Of a DNA stretch of 64,000 bases, positions 9,062-18,917 are shown in pieces. Origin of the DNA: Parcubacteria group bacterium GW2011_GWA2_43_13 (GTDB lineage Bacteria > Patescibacteriota > Patescibacteriia > UBA9629 > GWA2-43-13); contig LCFM01000002.1 in assembly GCA_000999025.1 (NCBI GenBank), positions 436-64,435 of the forward strand, in the 5' to 3' direction. Positions within the stretch are counted from its first letter, which is position 1; each line of letters opens with the position of its first letter. Under the pieces are notes generated by a model. That model searched no databases and was not told the origin of the DNA. It saw only the letters and a program-made list of their open reading frames with translations. A program made the position numbers and the translations under genes.

Positions 9062-9835
9062 TTACATTTTTGTAATAACTTCCGGGCCGTCTTTGGTTAC
9101 TATTACGGTATGTTCAAAATGAGCGGCAATAGATCCGTCTTGCGTTTTTACTGACCAGCCATCTTCGCCTGTTACAATATGCCAATCGCCTGTTGTTACC
9201 ATCGGCTCAAGAGCCAATACCATACCTTTAACAATTTGGGGGCCGCGATCTGTGCCGTTTTTCCATGGCCAAAAATTCGGTATTCTCGGATCCTCATGCA
9301 CTGAGTATCCAACCCCATGGCCGACAAGATCCCTCACAATACCATATTCATGTTCTGGAATCGCGCTTTGAATAGCAGTTGATATGTCTGCAATATAATT
9401 GCCAATACGCGCCTGCTCTATCCCACTCTCAAGCGCGCGCCGAGTGACTGATAACAATCTGGACAAAGAATCAGAGACATCTCCTATCGCAACTGTCATA
9501 GCGCAATCGGTAAACAATCCATGAAGATTAACCCCACAATCCAATCCTACCACATCGCCTTGGGTAAAAATTTTATCTTCAGACGGAAGCGAATGTACAA
9601 TCTCATCATTCACCGATACGCATAAAGCGGCAGGGTATTCCCTGCCTTTGGGCCCGTACATTTTAAATGACGGTACTGCGCCGTGATCGTGAATATATTT
9701 TTCTGCGAAAATATTCAACTCTGCCGCGCTGACTCCCTCGCGCACTCTCTCAACCAATTCTTTCATTGTATCAGCAAGAATCTTCCCACTCTCGCGCAAC
9801 AGTTCAATATCTTCTTCCCGCGTAATAATAGCCAT
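9062..9835 (-). CDS. map: Methionine aminopeptidase type I
   Basis: CVSVNDEIVH, DCG, GHGVG..HEDP, ALEPM, AHFEHT. Confidence 0.97.
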   Translation of the reverse strand: MAIITREEDIELLRESGKILADTMKELVERVREGVSAAELNIFAEKYIHDHGAVPSFKMYGPKGREYPAALCVSVNDEIVHSLPSEDKIFTQGDVVGLDCGVNLHGLFTDCAMTVAIGDVSDSLSRLLSVTRRALESGIEQARIGNYIADISTAIQSAIPEHEYGIVRDLVGHGVGYSVHEDPRIPNFWPWKNGTDRGPQIVKGMVLALEPMVTTGDWHIVTGEDGWSVKTQDGSIAAHFEHTVIVTKDGPEVITKM

Positions 9836-9908
9836 AACGGAGAAATGACACATTTCAAATAAAATTCGAATACCACATACGGTGTTAATAACTATGTTGA
9901 CTTTTTCA

Positions 9909-10484
9909 TTACTCCAGCCCCAACTCTTTTACAATATCTTGATGAACCTTTTCTTGCTCCTGATAACCATCAATAAACACTGTTTTGCAATTGCGCGCAA
10001 AATAATCAATCGCCGGTTTTACTGACGAATAAAAATGATCAATACGATGCTGGATTGTCTCTGGCGTATCATCATTTCTGTGACGATCCTCAAGCCGCTT
10101 GCGCGCGACATCTTCGGGAATCTCTATCGCCAATACAACGACATGTGATATCCCCAGCCGTTGCATCATATCCAACGCATCCTGAGCTTGTGTCTCCCTG
10201 CGTGCATATCCGTCAATAATAATCTTGTCGTGATTCTGAAGAAGATCGCGCAATGCCTCTTCTACCAAAGGCGTGGTTTCGGAATCTTCCATGTGAATGC
10301 CTTTTTCCAAGCGTTCACTAATGGAATGGCCGCGAGGAGAATCTTCCGTAGCAATTGTGCGAAATATTTTTCCAACTTCAATAGAGGCAAACCCATACCG
10401 TTGCTGTAATAATTCTCCTTGAGTACCTTTGCCCGAACCGGCAATCCCCATTAAAAAAATAATAAAAGCATCATTATGTGTCAT
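9909..10484 (-). CDS. adk: Adenylate kinase, short-LID type
   Basis: GIAGSGKGTQ, IDGYAR, RNDDTPE; between secY and map. Confidence 0.92.
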   Translation of the reverse strand: MTHNDAFIIFLMGIAGSGKGTQGELLQQRYGFASIEVGKIFRTIATEDSPRGHSISERLEKGIHMEDSETTPLVEEALRDLLQNHDKIIIDGYARRETQAQDALDMMQRLGISHVVVLAIEIPEDVARKRLEDRHRNDDTPETIQHRIDHFYSSVKPAIDYFARNCKTVFIDGYQEQEKVHQDIVKELGLE

Positions 10485-10561
10485 AAAAAAATCTCGGTTC
10501 TTTCCGCAACGCGAATGGAAAGAGAGTACCGAGAAAAATATCATTCACGTAGAAAAAAATC

Positions 10562-11869
10562 CTATGCATCGTATGAATAACTATGGTACGCCATTTGTGC
10601 CTCAACCTTTTTCATTGATTCGATTATAACAGACACCACAATCAAAAGCGAGGTTCCGCCAATCACAAGGTTAAATCCGGTAAATGATTGCACCAATAAC
10701 GGCAAAATAGCGATAATCCCCAAAAACACTGACCCAGCAAGTAAAATCCTGTTTACCACTGCCTGCATATACACTTCGGTCTCTTTGCCCGGCCTGATTC
10801 CCGGGATAAAACTCCCTTGCTTTTGAAGATTTTCCGCTATCTGACGCGGTTGGAAAATAATGGCAGTATAAAAATAGGTGAATGCCACCACTAATACGAA
10901 ATAAATAATACCGTACGGAAGCCCGCCTTGCTGGAATATATTAATGATAAATCCTGCCACGTCCGCAACCCATGGAGATGTCGCGCGCACAAAAAATTGC
11001 GCAATAAACGGGGGAAACAACACCACTGATATGGCAAAGATAATCGGAATCACTCCTGCCATGTTCACGCGCAAAGGAAGATAATTCTGCGCGCCTGACA
11101 TCAACCGTCCGCCGCGCATTTGACGCGCGTGGGCAATGGGGACATTGCGCTGGCCTTCTGTAATAAACACCACCCCGGCGACAACAATAACCGCGATCAC
11201 GAGCAATAACACGTAATTCGTCAATGACGCAGGGTTGTTTGAAATATCCAAACCGATTTGAAATGCGGCTTGCGGAAGGCTGGCGATAATTCCGGCGAAA
11301 ATCAATAAGGAAATGCCGTTTCCCAAACTGCGTTCCGAAATAATCTCACCGATCCACATAAGTAAAACCGTACCAGCCATGACTGTGATAATTGTAGTTA
11401 CCCATGTTATAGGCGTAAACTGATCAAGAAACTGCGAAGCAGATCCCGCACCCGAGCTTGCCCGACTCAAAAAAATAATAGTGCTATATCCTTGCAATGC
11501 GGCTAACGGAACTGTTAACAACCGCGTCCATTTATTGATAATACGTTGCCCTCGCTCTCCTTCTTTTGATAAATCCTCAAAATAGGGAACAATCATGCCG
11601 AGTAATTGAAAAATGATAGATGACGTAATATACGGGCCCACGCCAAGCATGACAATAGAAAAGTTCTCAAGCCCGCCACCGGTTAAAAGATTTAAAAGCC
11701 CCAACACTTGATTTCCTGATAAAGACGCGCGCAATGCAGTAGTATCAATGCCTGGAACAGGAATATGCGCAAGAAACCGAAACGCGACAAGCATCAGCAA
11801 TACAAAAATCAAATCATTGCGCAACTGTTTGGTGGTGAGAAATTGTTTAAATCGGGTTGAAAATGACAT
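10562..11869 (-). CDS. secY: Preprotein translocase SecY
   Basis: HIPVPG, LGVGPYITSSII, GNGISLLIFAGI, IPGIRPG, GGTSLLIVV. Confidence 0.98.
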   Translation of the reverse strand: MSFSTRFKQFLTTKQLRNDLIFVLLMLVAFRFLAHIPVPGIDTTALRASLSGNQVLGLLNLLTGGGLENFSIVMLGVGPYITSSIIFQLLGMIVPYFEDLSKEGERGQRIINKWTRLLTVPLAALQGYSTIIFLSRASSGAGSASQFLDQFTPITWVTTIITVMAGTVLLMWIGEIISERSLGNGISLLIFAGIIASLPQAAFQIGLDISNNPASLTNYVLLLVIAVIVVAGVVFITEGQRNVPIAHARQMRGGRLMSGAQNYLPLRVNMAGVIPIIFAISVVLFPPFIAQFFVRATSPWVADVAGFIINIFQQGGLPYGIIYFVLVVAFTYFYTAIIFQPRQIAENLQKQGSFIPGIRPGKETEVYMQAVVNRILLAGSVFLGIIAILPLLVQSFTGFNLVIGGTSLLIVVSVIIESMKKVEAQMAYHSYSYDA

Positions 11870-11896
11870 ACGATGAGGGTGTAGTAATATCTCTAC

Positions 11897-11993
11897 GTCA
11901 TCTGAGTTCGCTCGCTGGCGGACGAAGAATCTCGTATAGAGCAAACTAAGAGGGGCCCTTCGTCTCCGCCAGCTGGCGAATCCTTAGGATGAC
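11897..11993. repeat. GTCATC...CGAAGAATCT...CTTCG...GATGAC palindromic element containing CCGCCAGCTGGCG
   Basis: Terminal inverted repeats with nested hairpins between rplO and secY. Confidence 0.65.
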
Positions 11994-12007
11994 AAAAACA
12001 AACAAGG

Positions 12008-12514
12008 TTATGCTTTCTTTTTCTGGCGCTCTGCTTTCGGCAAAACATTGCGGACTTTTTCGTGTACAACAAGTTCAATAGTACCTCCTGCTTGTTCAAT
12101 ACTCTTTCTCGCTGTTTCAGAGACCTTTTCCAATTTAACTGTCAGTGATTTTGAAAGCGCTCCTCTTCCTAAACATTTTACACCTAAAGAGGATTTTTTG
12201 ACGATACCTTTCTGTATCAAAGCAACTCTATCAACAACAGCGCCTTTTTCAAACAACTGATTGAGGTCGCCAACATTGATAATATCAAAATGCGGCTGAA
12301 GGGAACGAAAACCTCGCAGTTTAGGTATTTTTGATAAAAACTGATCTTTTAACGCTCTGCGCTTCAAGCCACTCTTTCCGCCCGCGCGAGAGCGCTGGCC
12401 TTTCATGCCTCTGCCTGAATATGATCCTTTGCCTGAAGCATTGCCACGTCCAACACGCTTGCTTTTTGAATGCGAGCCAGATGCCGAATGTAATGTGTGT
12501 AATGTGAGTGACAT
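12008..12514 (-). CDS. rplO: 50S ribosomal protein L15
   Basis: KRVGRGNASGKGSYSGRGMKGQRSR, PKLRGF. Confidence 0.97.
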   Translation of the reverse strand: MSLTLHTLHSASGSHSKSKRVGRGNASGKGSYSGRGMKGQRSRAGGKSGLKRRALKDQFLSKIPKLRGFRSLQPHFDIINVGDLNQLFEKGAVVDRVALIQKGIVKKSSLGVKCLGRGALSKSLTVKLEKVSETARKSIEQAGGTIELVVHEKVRNVLPKAERQKKKA

Positions 12515-12564
12515 AATGTATAACTTACGAACTGATGAGCCTACGAACCCATAAACCGATAAAC

Positions 12565-13227
12565 TTATAAACTCTTTTGTTCTTCAGGTTTACGATTCTT
12601 CGATTCTTGCATTTTCCGTGGTTTATTCGATCGAGACGATGGTTTTCTTGGGCCAGGTTTTTGCGCACGCTGGGCCTCACGTTCTGTCTGTTCTTTCAAT
12701 ATCCGTTCACGCTCCGCTTTTCTCCCCTCAACCATCTTTTTATGTGAATCTATTTGGCGTTGCATATGAGCCGGAACTTCATCGCGCAATGACTCAAGCG
12801 CTCGAATAGTGGCATGGACATTATTCAATTTATTATTCGATCCTAAAATTTTACCAACAACATTTTCCACGCCTGCTAATATAAGCACGGTCCGAACAGC
12901 GCCACCCGCAATAACGCCGGTCCCTAATGCCGCAGGTTTTAACAACACTTTTGCCGCTTTGAATTTCATAGATACGGCATGCGGAATTGTTCCGCCTGCC
13001 ACATGAATAGAAATCATATTCTTCCGCGCGGCAGATGCGGCTTTACTGATAGCTAATTGAACATCAGCGCCTTTTGCCGTGCCCATTCCAATACGGCCGG
13101 CTTTATCACCAAGCACAACACACGCGCGAAAACGCATACGTTTCCCTCCTGCCATAACACGCGTAACACGAGCGAGGTCAATAATCGCTTGGTCAAAATC
13201 ATGCTGTTGTTCTTGTCGTGGTCTCAT
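12565..13227 (-). CDS. rpsE: 30S ribosomal protein S5 with basic C-terminal extension
   Basis: RVTRVMAGGKRMRFRA, GTGVIAGG; no rpmD downstream. Confidence 0.97.
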   Translation of the reverse strand: MRPRQEQQHDFDQAIIDLARVTRVMAGGKRMRFRACVVLGDKAGRIGMGTAKGADVQLAISKAASAARKNMISIHVAGGTIPHAVSMKFKAAKVLLKPAALGTGVIAGGAVRTVLILAGVENVVGKILGSNNKLNNVHATIRALESLRDEVPAHMQRQIDSHKKMVEGRKAERERILKEQTEREAQRAQKPGPRKPSSRSNKPRKMQESKNRKPEEQKSL

Positions 13228-13295
13228 ATCTCTCACGAGGTTCGAATCCGCCAACCGACGGACAAAATTCGAAACTATTACATAATAGGATTACA

Positions 13296-13643
13296 TTAAA
13301 ACTCTAATCCTGCTGATCGCGCCGCTTCGGCAACCGCTTTCACACGGCCATGATACGCATATCCTCCCCGATCACACACAATGGTGATTATCTTTTTCTC
13401 TTGCGCTTTTTGAGCGATCTCTTTCCCTACCATCTCGGCCTGTTCAAGTTTTGTGCCTTTTTTCAATCCAAGCGTTGATGAAGATGCTATCGTAATCCCG
13501 TTCACGTCATCAACCAATTGCGCGACAATATGGCGAGCACTGCGGAAAATAGAAAGCCGAGGCCGTTCTGACGTGCCTTGTATTCTTGTCCGGATACGCG
13601 CATGGCGCCGGATGCGTGATTGCTGTTTCTTAAGAAGAGTCAT
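13296..13643 (-). CDS. rplR: 50S ribosomal protein L18
   Basis: RPRLSIFRS, DRGGYAYHGRVKA. Confidence 0.97.
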   Translation of the reverse strand: MTLLKKQQSRIRRHARIRTRIQGTSERPRLSIFRSARHIVAQLVDDVNGITIASSSTLGLKKGTKLEQAEMVGKEIAQKAQEKKIITIVCDRGGYAYHGRVKAVAEAARSAGLEF

Positions 13644-13652
13644 ACAAAAATA

Positions 13653-14204
13653 TTATCCGCCTGACTTCACTTGTTTACCGGCTTTTCTGCGGATGATTTC
13701 ATCGCTATACTTAATTCCCTTGCCTTTATACGGCTCTGGCTTACGCACTTTTCGCACATTCGCGGCAAATTCACCAACTTGTTGCTTATCAATTCCTCGT
13801 ATACTGATAACATTCTTTTCTACTTTCACCTCTACTCCTTGAGGCGGAACCATAATCACAGGATGAGAAAATCCAACCGAAAGAGTAAGTGTGCCACTAT
13901 CAATATTGGCGCGGTATCCGACACCATTGATTTCCAATTGTTTTGAAAATCCTTCTGTAACGCCACACACCATATTTGCCGCAAGAGCCCGACTCAACCC
14001 CCAAAACGCACGCTCGCTTTTTTCTTCAGGATGAGCAACCGAAATCTCGAGCTGTTTTTCAGCATCGTTATACACCATAATCGCCTTTGACGGCATTGTT
14101 TGTGTTAATTCTCCCAACGGACCTTTCACACTCAAAACAGAACCATGTATAGAAATAGTTACGTTTGCTGGAATAGTAATGGGAAGTTTTCCTATACGTG
14201 ACAT
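13653..14204 (-). CDS. rplF: 50S ribosomal protein L6
   Basis: MSRIGKLPI, RKPEPYKGKGI. Confidence 0.98.
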   Translation of the reverse strand: MSRIGKLPITIPANVTISIHGSVLSVKGPLGELTQTMPSKAIMVYNDAEKQLEISVAHPEEKSERAFWGLSRALAANMVCGVTEGFSKQLEINGVGYRANIDSGTLTLSVGFSHPVIMVPPQGVEVKVEKNVISIRGIDKQQVGEFAANVRKVRKPEPYKGKGIKYSDEIIRRKAGKQVKSGG

Positions 14205-14234
14205 ACTATTAAATTAAAATGTAAATTTTATCTT

Positions 14235-14627
14235 TCAATATACTTCACACAACACTTCGCCGCCAACTTGTTCCTGTTGCGCTTTTTTATTTGTCATAAG
14301 ACCTTTGGGTGTTGAAATAACAGCTATTCCCAAATCATTCAACACTTTAGGCATATTTTTATATGAACGATATACCCTCTGCCCAGGCGTGCTTATTCGC
14401 TTAATCGTTGTTATACGCGGCGCATGTCCTTGATATTTCAGATCAACCACCAATGCCGATTTTATCCCCTCTGTCTCAATGCTCACACCGCCAACATACC
14501 CCTCTTCTTCGAGAATACGGGCAATCTCCTTTTTCATGCGAGAATAAGGAATCAAAACCGACCGTTTTTTAGCGGCTTGTGCGTTGCGAATACGCGTTAA
14601 CATGTCTGCTATTGGGTCTGTCATCAT
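14235..14627 (-). CDS. rpsH: 30S ribosomal protein S8
   Basis: MTDPIADMLTRIRNA, STPKGLMT, GGEVLC. Confidence 0.98.
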   Translation of the reverse strand: MMTDPIADMLTRIRNAQAAKKRSVLIPYSRMKKEIARILEEEGYVGGVSIETEGIKSALVVDLKYQGHAPRITTIKRISTPGQRVYRSYKNMPKVLNDLGIAVISTPKGLMTNKKAQQEQVGGEVLCEVY

Positions 14628-14715
14628 ACACTAAGTTAAAAAGCAAAAAGTAAAAAGTTAAAGATGTATATCAGCCGTTATTTTTGACTTTTGCTCTTTC
14701 ATTTTTGATCTTTAG

Positions 14716-14901
14716 TTACCAGCTACTACTTTTCACTCCAGGAATTTCTCCTTTACAAGCAAGCTCACGAAAACAAATACGACACAAGCCAAACACACGC
14801 ATATACCCGTGATTTCTTCCGCATCTCCAACACCTCCGCACAATGCGGGTAGAAAATTTAGGTTTCCGTTTTGACTTTGCGATACGTGCTTTTGTTGCCA
14901 T
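14716..14901 (-). CDS. rpsZ: 30S ribosomal protein S14, zinc-binding type Z
   Basis: RCWRCGR...[10 protein letters not shown]. Confidence 0.96.
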   Translation of the reverse strand: MATKARIAKSKRKPKFSTRIVRRCWRCGRNHGYMRVFGLCRICFRELACKGEIPGVKSSSW

Positions 14902-14916
14902 ATTACGAATGAGAGT

Positions 14917-14993
14917 GCGATACTAATACACGGATTCATGCGAATGACGCGAATATTCGTGTCATTCGTGTGCCATTCGTATATTAGCATCGC
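14917..14993. repeat. 77-bp hairpin element, copy 2
   Basis: 75/77 identical to 15892-15968. Confidence 0.9.
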
Positions 14994-14997
14994 ATGT

Positions 14998-15558
14998 TTA
15001 GAGTTTCTCTTTTACAAACGGCATTCCAAATTCCCGATACAACGCAAGTGCATGATCACGATTCTGCGCTTGTACTGAGATTGTTATTTGTAATCCATGC
15101 GTATGCTCAACAGTATCAGGATTCACTTCAGGAAACACATAATGCTCGGAAAGCCCTATTGAAAGGTTCCCACTCTGATCAACGGATGTCATGGGAATGC
15201 CACGAAAATCACGCACGCGAGGTAAGGTAATATGAACCAACCTCTCAAGGAAATCATACATTCTGCGTCCACGCAAGGTTACCATCATACCGACAACGCT
15301 TCCTTCTCTCAATTTAAATCCTGCTATTGATTGCCGAGCTTTTGTTTCAACCGGTTTTTGGCCAGAAATCCGAACCAGCGTTTCTTTTACCGTATCAACC
15401 GCTTTCTGATCTTTTGACATCTTCCCAATACCAACATTAAGGGTAATTTTTTTCACCCAAGGCACTGCTAAAACATTTGAAAGGCCTAATTCGTCTTTCA
15501 ACTTTTTCACTATAATGGTATCAAAATTTTTCTTCAGATTGTTCATACGTCGGTTCAT
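14998..15558 (-). CDS. rplE: 50S ribosomal protein L5
   Basis: ISGQKP, SIAGFKLREG, LPRVRDFRG. Confidence 0.98.
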   Translation of the reverse strand: MNRRMNNLKKNFDTIIVKKLKDELGLSNVLAVPWVKKITLNVGIGKMSKDQKAVDTVKETLVRISGQKPVETKARQSIAGFKLREGSVVGMMVTLRGRRMYDFLERLVHITLPRVRDFRGIPMTSVDQSGNLSIGLSEHYVFPEVNPDTVEHTHGLQITISVQAQNRDHALALYREFGMPFVKEKL

Positions 15559-15568
15559 GTATCCTGTA

Positions 15569-15883
15569 TTATGTTATTTCCTCTCCCGAGCGCGTGCTCA
15601 CTCTCACTCGCTTCCCATCTGCAAGAGATTTTACACGCACCCGCGTCGGCTTTCCGCTCTGTGGGCATTTCAGCATAACATTTGAAATATGGAAAGGCGC
15701 TTCAAAAGTAATCTTCTGGCCTTTTTCTGATTTTTTTCCGGACTTCAAATGCTTTGTCATAATATTCACTCCGGAAACGACAACACGATCAAGCTCGGGA
15801 AATACCTGCAGTACTTTCCCTTCTTTGCCTTTGTTCTTCCCGGCCATGATAACAACAATGTCATTTTTTTTGATACGAGTCAT
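15569..15883 (-). CDS. rplX: 50S ribosomal protein L24
   Basis: GKNKGKEGKV, EAPFHISNV. Confidence 0.96.
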   Translation of the reverse strand: MTRIKKNDIVVIMAGKNKGKEGKVLQVFPELDRVVVSGVNIMTKHLKSGKKSEKGQKITFEAPFHISNVMLKCPQSGKPTRVRVKSLADGKRVRVSTRSGEEIT

Positions 15884-15891
15884 AGACGAGC

Positions 15892-15968
15892 GCGACACTA
15901 ATACACGGATTCATGCGAATGACGCGAATATTCGTGTCATTCGTGTGTCATTCGTATATTAGCATCGC
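15892..15968. repeat. 77-bp hairpin element, copy 3
   Basis: Fills the rplN-rplX spacer; near-identical to copy 2. Confidence 0.9.
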
Positions 15969-15969
15969 A

Positions 15970-16341
15970 TTATAATACTTCCGGCGCAAGCGAAATAATT
16001 TTTTGAAACCCCTTTTGCCGAAGTTCGCGGGCAACAGGACCAAAAATACGCGTACCTTTCGGTTCTTTGGTTTTTTGATCAACCACGGCAACCGCATTCT
16101 CATCAAATCGGATTCTCACCCCATTCGCCCGAGTAATTTCTTTTTTTGTCCGCACCACAACAGCATACACAACATCTCCTTTCTTTACAGCAGTATGAGG
16201 AGTTGATTCTTTGATAGCACACGTCACGATATCGCCGATTGTGGCGTATCGCTTTCTATACCCTCCATTCACGCGGATCACCTGAAGTTTCCGCGCGCCT
16301 GTGTTATCTGCAGATTGTACTATTGTGCGTGTTTGAATCAT
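15970..16341 (-). CDS. rplN: 50S ribosomal protein L14
   Basis: [26 protein letters not shown]. Confidence 0.98.
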   Translation of the reverse strand: MIQTRTIVQSADNTGARKLQVIRVNGGYRKRYATIGDIVTCAIKESTPHTAVKKGDVVYAVVVRTKKEITRANGVRIRFDENAVAVVDQKTKEPKGTRIFGPVARELRQKGFQKIISLAPEVL

Positions 16342-16387
16342 ACAGTAATCTTAAACTTTTCCTTGTCATTTTTCTGTTTTCCACTTT

Positions 16388-16642
16388 TTAAATCTTCCCA
16401 ATAACTCGCCATTTCTTTTCTTTCGATAAGGGACGACATTCGGCAATTTCAACATGATCTCCAACAGCATACATTCCATCTTCATCATGAGCTTTATAGT
16501 TCCTGCTTTGCGTTATGCGCTTATGATACAACCGATGAACTGTAACGCGATCAACGCGAACAACAACCGTCTTTTGCATTGCAGTTGACACCACGGTGCC
16601 TTTGAGCGTTCTTTTTTTTACTGATTGTGTTCGTGTTTCCAT
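16388..16642 (-). CDS. rpsQ: 30S ribosomal protein S17
   Basis: GTVVSTAMQKTVVV, ECRPLSKEK. Confidence 0.97.
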   Translation of the reverse strand: METRTQSVKKRTLKGTVVSTAMQKTVVVRVDRVTVHRLYHKRITQSRNYKAHDEDGMYAVGDHVEIAECRPLSKEKKWRVIGKI

Positions 16643-16651
16643 AGATCGTGA

Positions 16652-16840
16652 TTACGTTGCAATCTGACGCAATGCCGTATTGATACGCGCGATTAATATT
16701 TTTATCTCGTGTATTTTATGAACTGTTTTTAACTGACCTGCCGCGACCTGAAACGTAAGCGCACGAAGCTCATTCCGGCTTTCGGTCAATTTTTTTGTCA
16801 ATTCATCTTTTGAAAGTATGCGCACATCATTCATCTTCAT
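16652..16840 (-). CDS. rpmC: 50S ribosomal protein L29
   Basis: Size, operon position, IARINT. Confidence 0.92.
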   Translation of the reverse strand: MKMNDVRILSKDELTKKLTESRNELRALTFQVAAGQLKTVHKIHEIKILIARINTALRQIAT

Positions 16841-16867
16841 ATATGTATCCTAAAGGAATCAAATCCA

Positions 16868-17284
16868 TTATGCCTTAACAACAAACTTTGTTTTTACTGG
16901 TAATTTATGGCCAGCCAACCGAAATGCTTCTCGAGCAGTCGCTTCATCAACGCCATCCATCTCAAAAATAACTGTTCCTGGCCGTACATTCGTCACATAA
17001 TGATCCACAGCTCCTTTCCCCTTTCCCATCGGAACAGCCAATCCTTTTGTTGTAATTGGCTTATCCGGAAAAATACGGATCCATACCTTGCCTCCACGCC
17101 GGATAAACCGCATAATCGCGCGACGCGACGCTTCAAGCTGACGTGATGTTACCCAGCTTGCCGTTGTTGACTTGAGCCCGAATGAGCCAAAGCTCACTGA
17201 ATGGGTTCGCGTCGCAACAGACCCGCCGGACATCCCTGCGGATTTATGCCATTTTCTGTGTTTTACTTTTTTAGGAATCAGCAT
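16868..17284 (-). CDS. rplP: 50S ribosomal protein L16
   Basis: [24 protein letters not shown]. Confidence 0.98.
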   Translation of the reverse strand: MLIPKKVKHRKWHKSAGMSGGSVATRTHSVSFGSFGLKSTTASWVTSRQLEASRRAIMRFIRRGGKVWIRIFPDKPITTKGLAVPMGKGKGAVDHYVTNVRPGTVIFEMDGVDEATAREAFRLAGHKLPVKTKFVVKA

Positions 17285-17324
17285 AGATATCTTTTAAAAG
17301 AGTAGAGTATTTTTGACACATTCT

Positions 17325-18014
17325 TTACTTGCTGTCAATATCTCCCTGCATCTCATGATCTTCTTCATGGACATCTCCAAATAATTCACCTTTATAAATC
17401 CACACTTTAATTCCAATAACCCCGTAGGTTGTGCGCGCAATGCCACGTCCATAACTGATATCGGCCCGCAATGTATGCAGTGGCATACTTCCATCAGACA
17501 GTGTTTCAGTACGTGCGATTTCCGCGCCATTGAGCCGGCCCGCAACCTGAACTTTCACCCCAAGCGCTCCTGCTTTTTTCACCTGATCAATAGTGCCTTT
17601 CATAACACGCCTAAATGGCATGCGACGTTGAATTTCCGCGGCCATAGAGGAGACAACAACATCTGCGGACAGCATGGGTTTTTTTAACTCTTTGATGGTT
17701 AACTGAACATCTCCTTTTCTTTTTAACGCCTTATTTTTAATTTCTTCTTTCACTTCTTCAGCTTTCTGTCCGCCACGACCAATAACAACTCCGGGCCGAG
17801 CCACAGACACAATAACCTCGATATTTTTCTCCGCGCGACGCACAACTTCTATCAAACCAACCCCGCCATCTTTAAATCGCTGTTTCACGATCTTTCGTAT
17901 CGCCTGATCTTGCTGAAGAAGAGGACCCATCCCGGTGCCATGATGAAACCACTTGGATGTCCAAGTTAGCGTGCCCCCCAGTCGGAATATTCGCGGATTA
18001 ACTTTTTGTCCCAT
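17325..18014 (-). CDS. rpsC: 30S ribosomal protein S3
   Basis: MGQKVNP, RPGVVIGRGG, GRLNGAEIAR, PLHTLRA. Confidence 0.98.
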   Translation of the reverse strand: MGQKVNPRIFRLGGTLTWTSKWFHHGTGMGPLLQQDQAIRKIVKQRFKDGGVGLIEVVRRAEKNIEVIVSVARPGVVIGRGGQKAEEVKEEIKNKALKRKGDVQLTIKELKKPMLSADVVVSSMAAEIQRRMPFRRVMKGTIDQVKKAGALGVKVQVAGRLNGAEIARTETLSDGSMPLHTLRADISYGRGIARTTYGVIGIKVWIYKGELFGDVHEEDHEMQGDIDSK

Positions 18015-18055
18015 ATATGAATAACTTATGAACAGATAATCATGAAAGAGTATTA

Positions 18056-18493
18056 TTATTTTTTTCCGCCAGAGGCGATGTGCCCACCTTTGGCTGGAGA
18101 TCCGCCTTTGGCGGAGTTTTTTGTCCGCCGGCTGGCGGATTGTTCTTTGTCCTTATGCACGTCCGGCCCTTCCAATACAAGAGTGATATGAGATGAACGC
18201 TTTCGAAGCGGAGTAGCTCTCCCATGAGCGCGCGGCATCCATCGCGAAAGAGTTTGTCCGTCTTGCGCTGTTGCTATTTTAATCACAAGCATTGCTCGAT
18301 TCATCCCCAAATTATGCTCTGCGTTCGCAATCGCTGATTGGAGTATTTTAAACACAGGACGAGCCGCTTCTTTAGAACTATGCACAAGCTGGGCAAGTGC
18401 GTCTTCTGCCTTCATCTTTCGTATCATAGCCAAAACCAACCGAACTTTTCGGGGAGATATACGAATTTGACGTGCGCTTGCTTTTACTTCCAT
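18056..18493 (-). CDS. rplV: 50S ribosomal protein L22 with repeat-derived C-terminal tail
   Basis: RISPRKVRLV, SAIANAEHN, PRAHGRA; tail SAKGGSPAKGGHIASGG. Confidence 0.97.
   Translation of the reverse strand: MEVKASARQIRISPRKVRLVLAMIRKMKAEDALAQLVHSSKEAARPVFKILQSAIANAEHNLGMNRAMLVIKIATAQDGQTLSRWMPRAHGRATPLRKRSSHITLVLEGPDVHKDKEQSASRRTKNSAKGGSPAKGGHIASGGKK
18064..18140. repeat. CCGCC-NNN-GGCGG composite repeat in frame in rplV
   Basis: Aligns without gaps to 50632-50694 in nrdR. Confidence 0.85.
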
Positions 18494-18515
18494 AGTATAT
18501 TCAAACTCTTGTCTC

Positions 18516-18818
18516 TCATTTTTGAGCAACGGTCTTTGTTTTTGATTCAATCTCTTTTTGTATCTTTCCGCCATGACGAACAAACTTGCGTGTCGGAGCG
18601 AATTCTCCCAAACGATGACCTACCATATCTTCAATAACATACACAGGGACATGAACTTTTCCATTATGAACACCAATGGTCAAACCAACCATCTCCGGAA
18701 TAATCATGCTGTCGCGCGACCATGTTTTTATCGTTGCCTTGTTTCCAGGTTGAGTTGCATGAACTCTCTTAAGAAGCTTTGCGTCAATAAATGGTCCTTT
18801 TTTAATACTGCGTGCCAT
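18516..18818 (-). CDS. rpsS: 30S ribosomal protein S19
   Basis: [23 protein letters not shown]. Confidence 0.98.
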   Translation of the reverse strand: MARSIKKGPFIDAKLLKRVHATQPGNKATIKTWSRDSMIIPEMVGLTIGVHNGKVHVPVYVIEDMVGHRLGEFAPTRKFVRHGGKIQKEIESKTKTVAQK

Positions 18819-18917
18819 ACGTTCAAGTACCAGTTTTCGATCCTCGGTTATCAGTTTTCAAAAAACCGACACCTTCCATCCACCTCTGGCGGAGACAACC
18901 GAAAACTGGATGTATTA

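Noticed and set aside
12514-12565. Missing rpmD (L30) as a novelty
   Set aside because: Established CPR-wide loss; used only as a taxonomic clue
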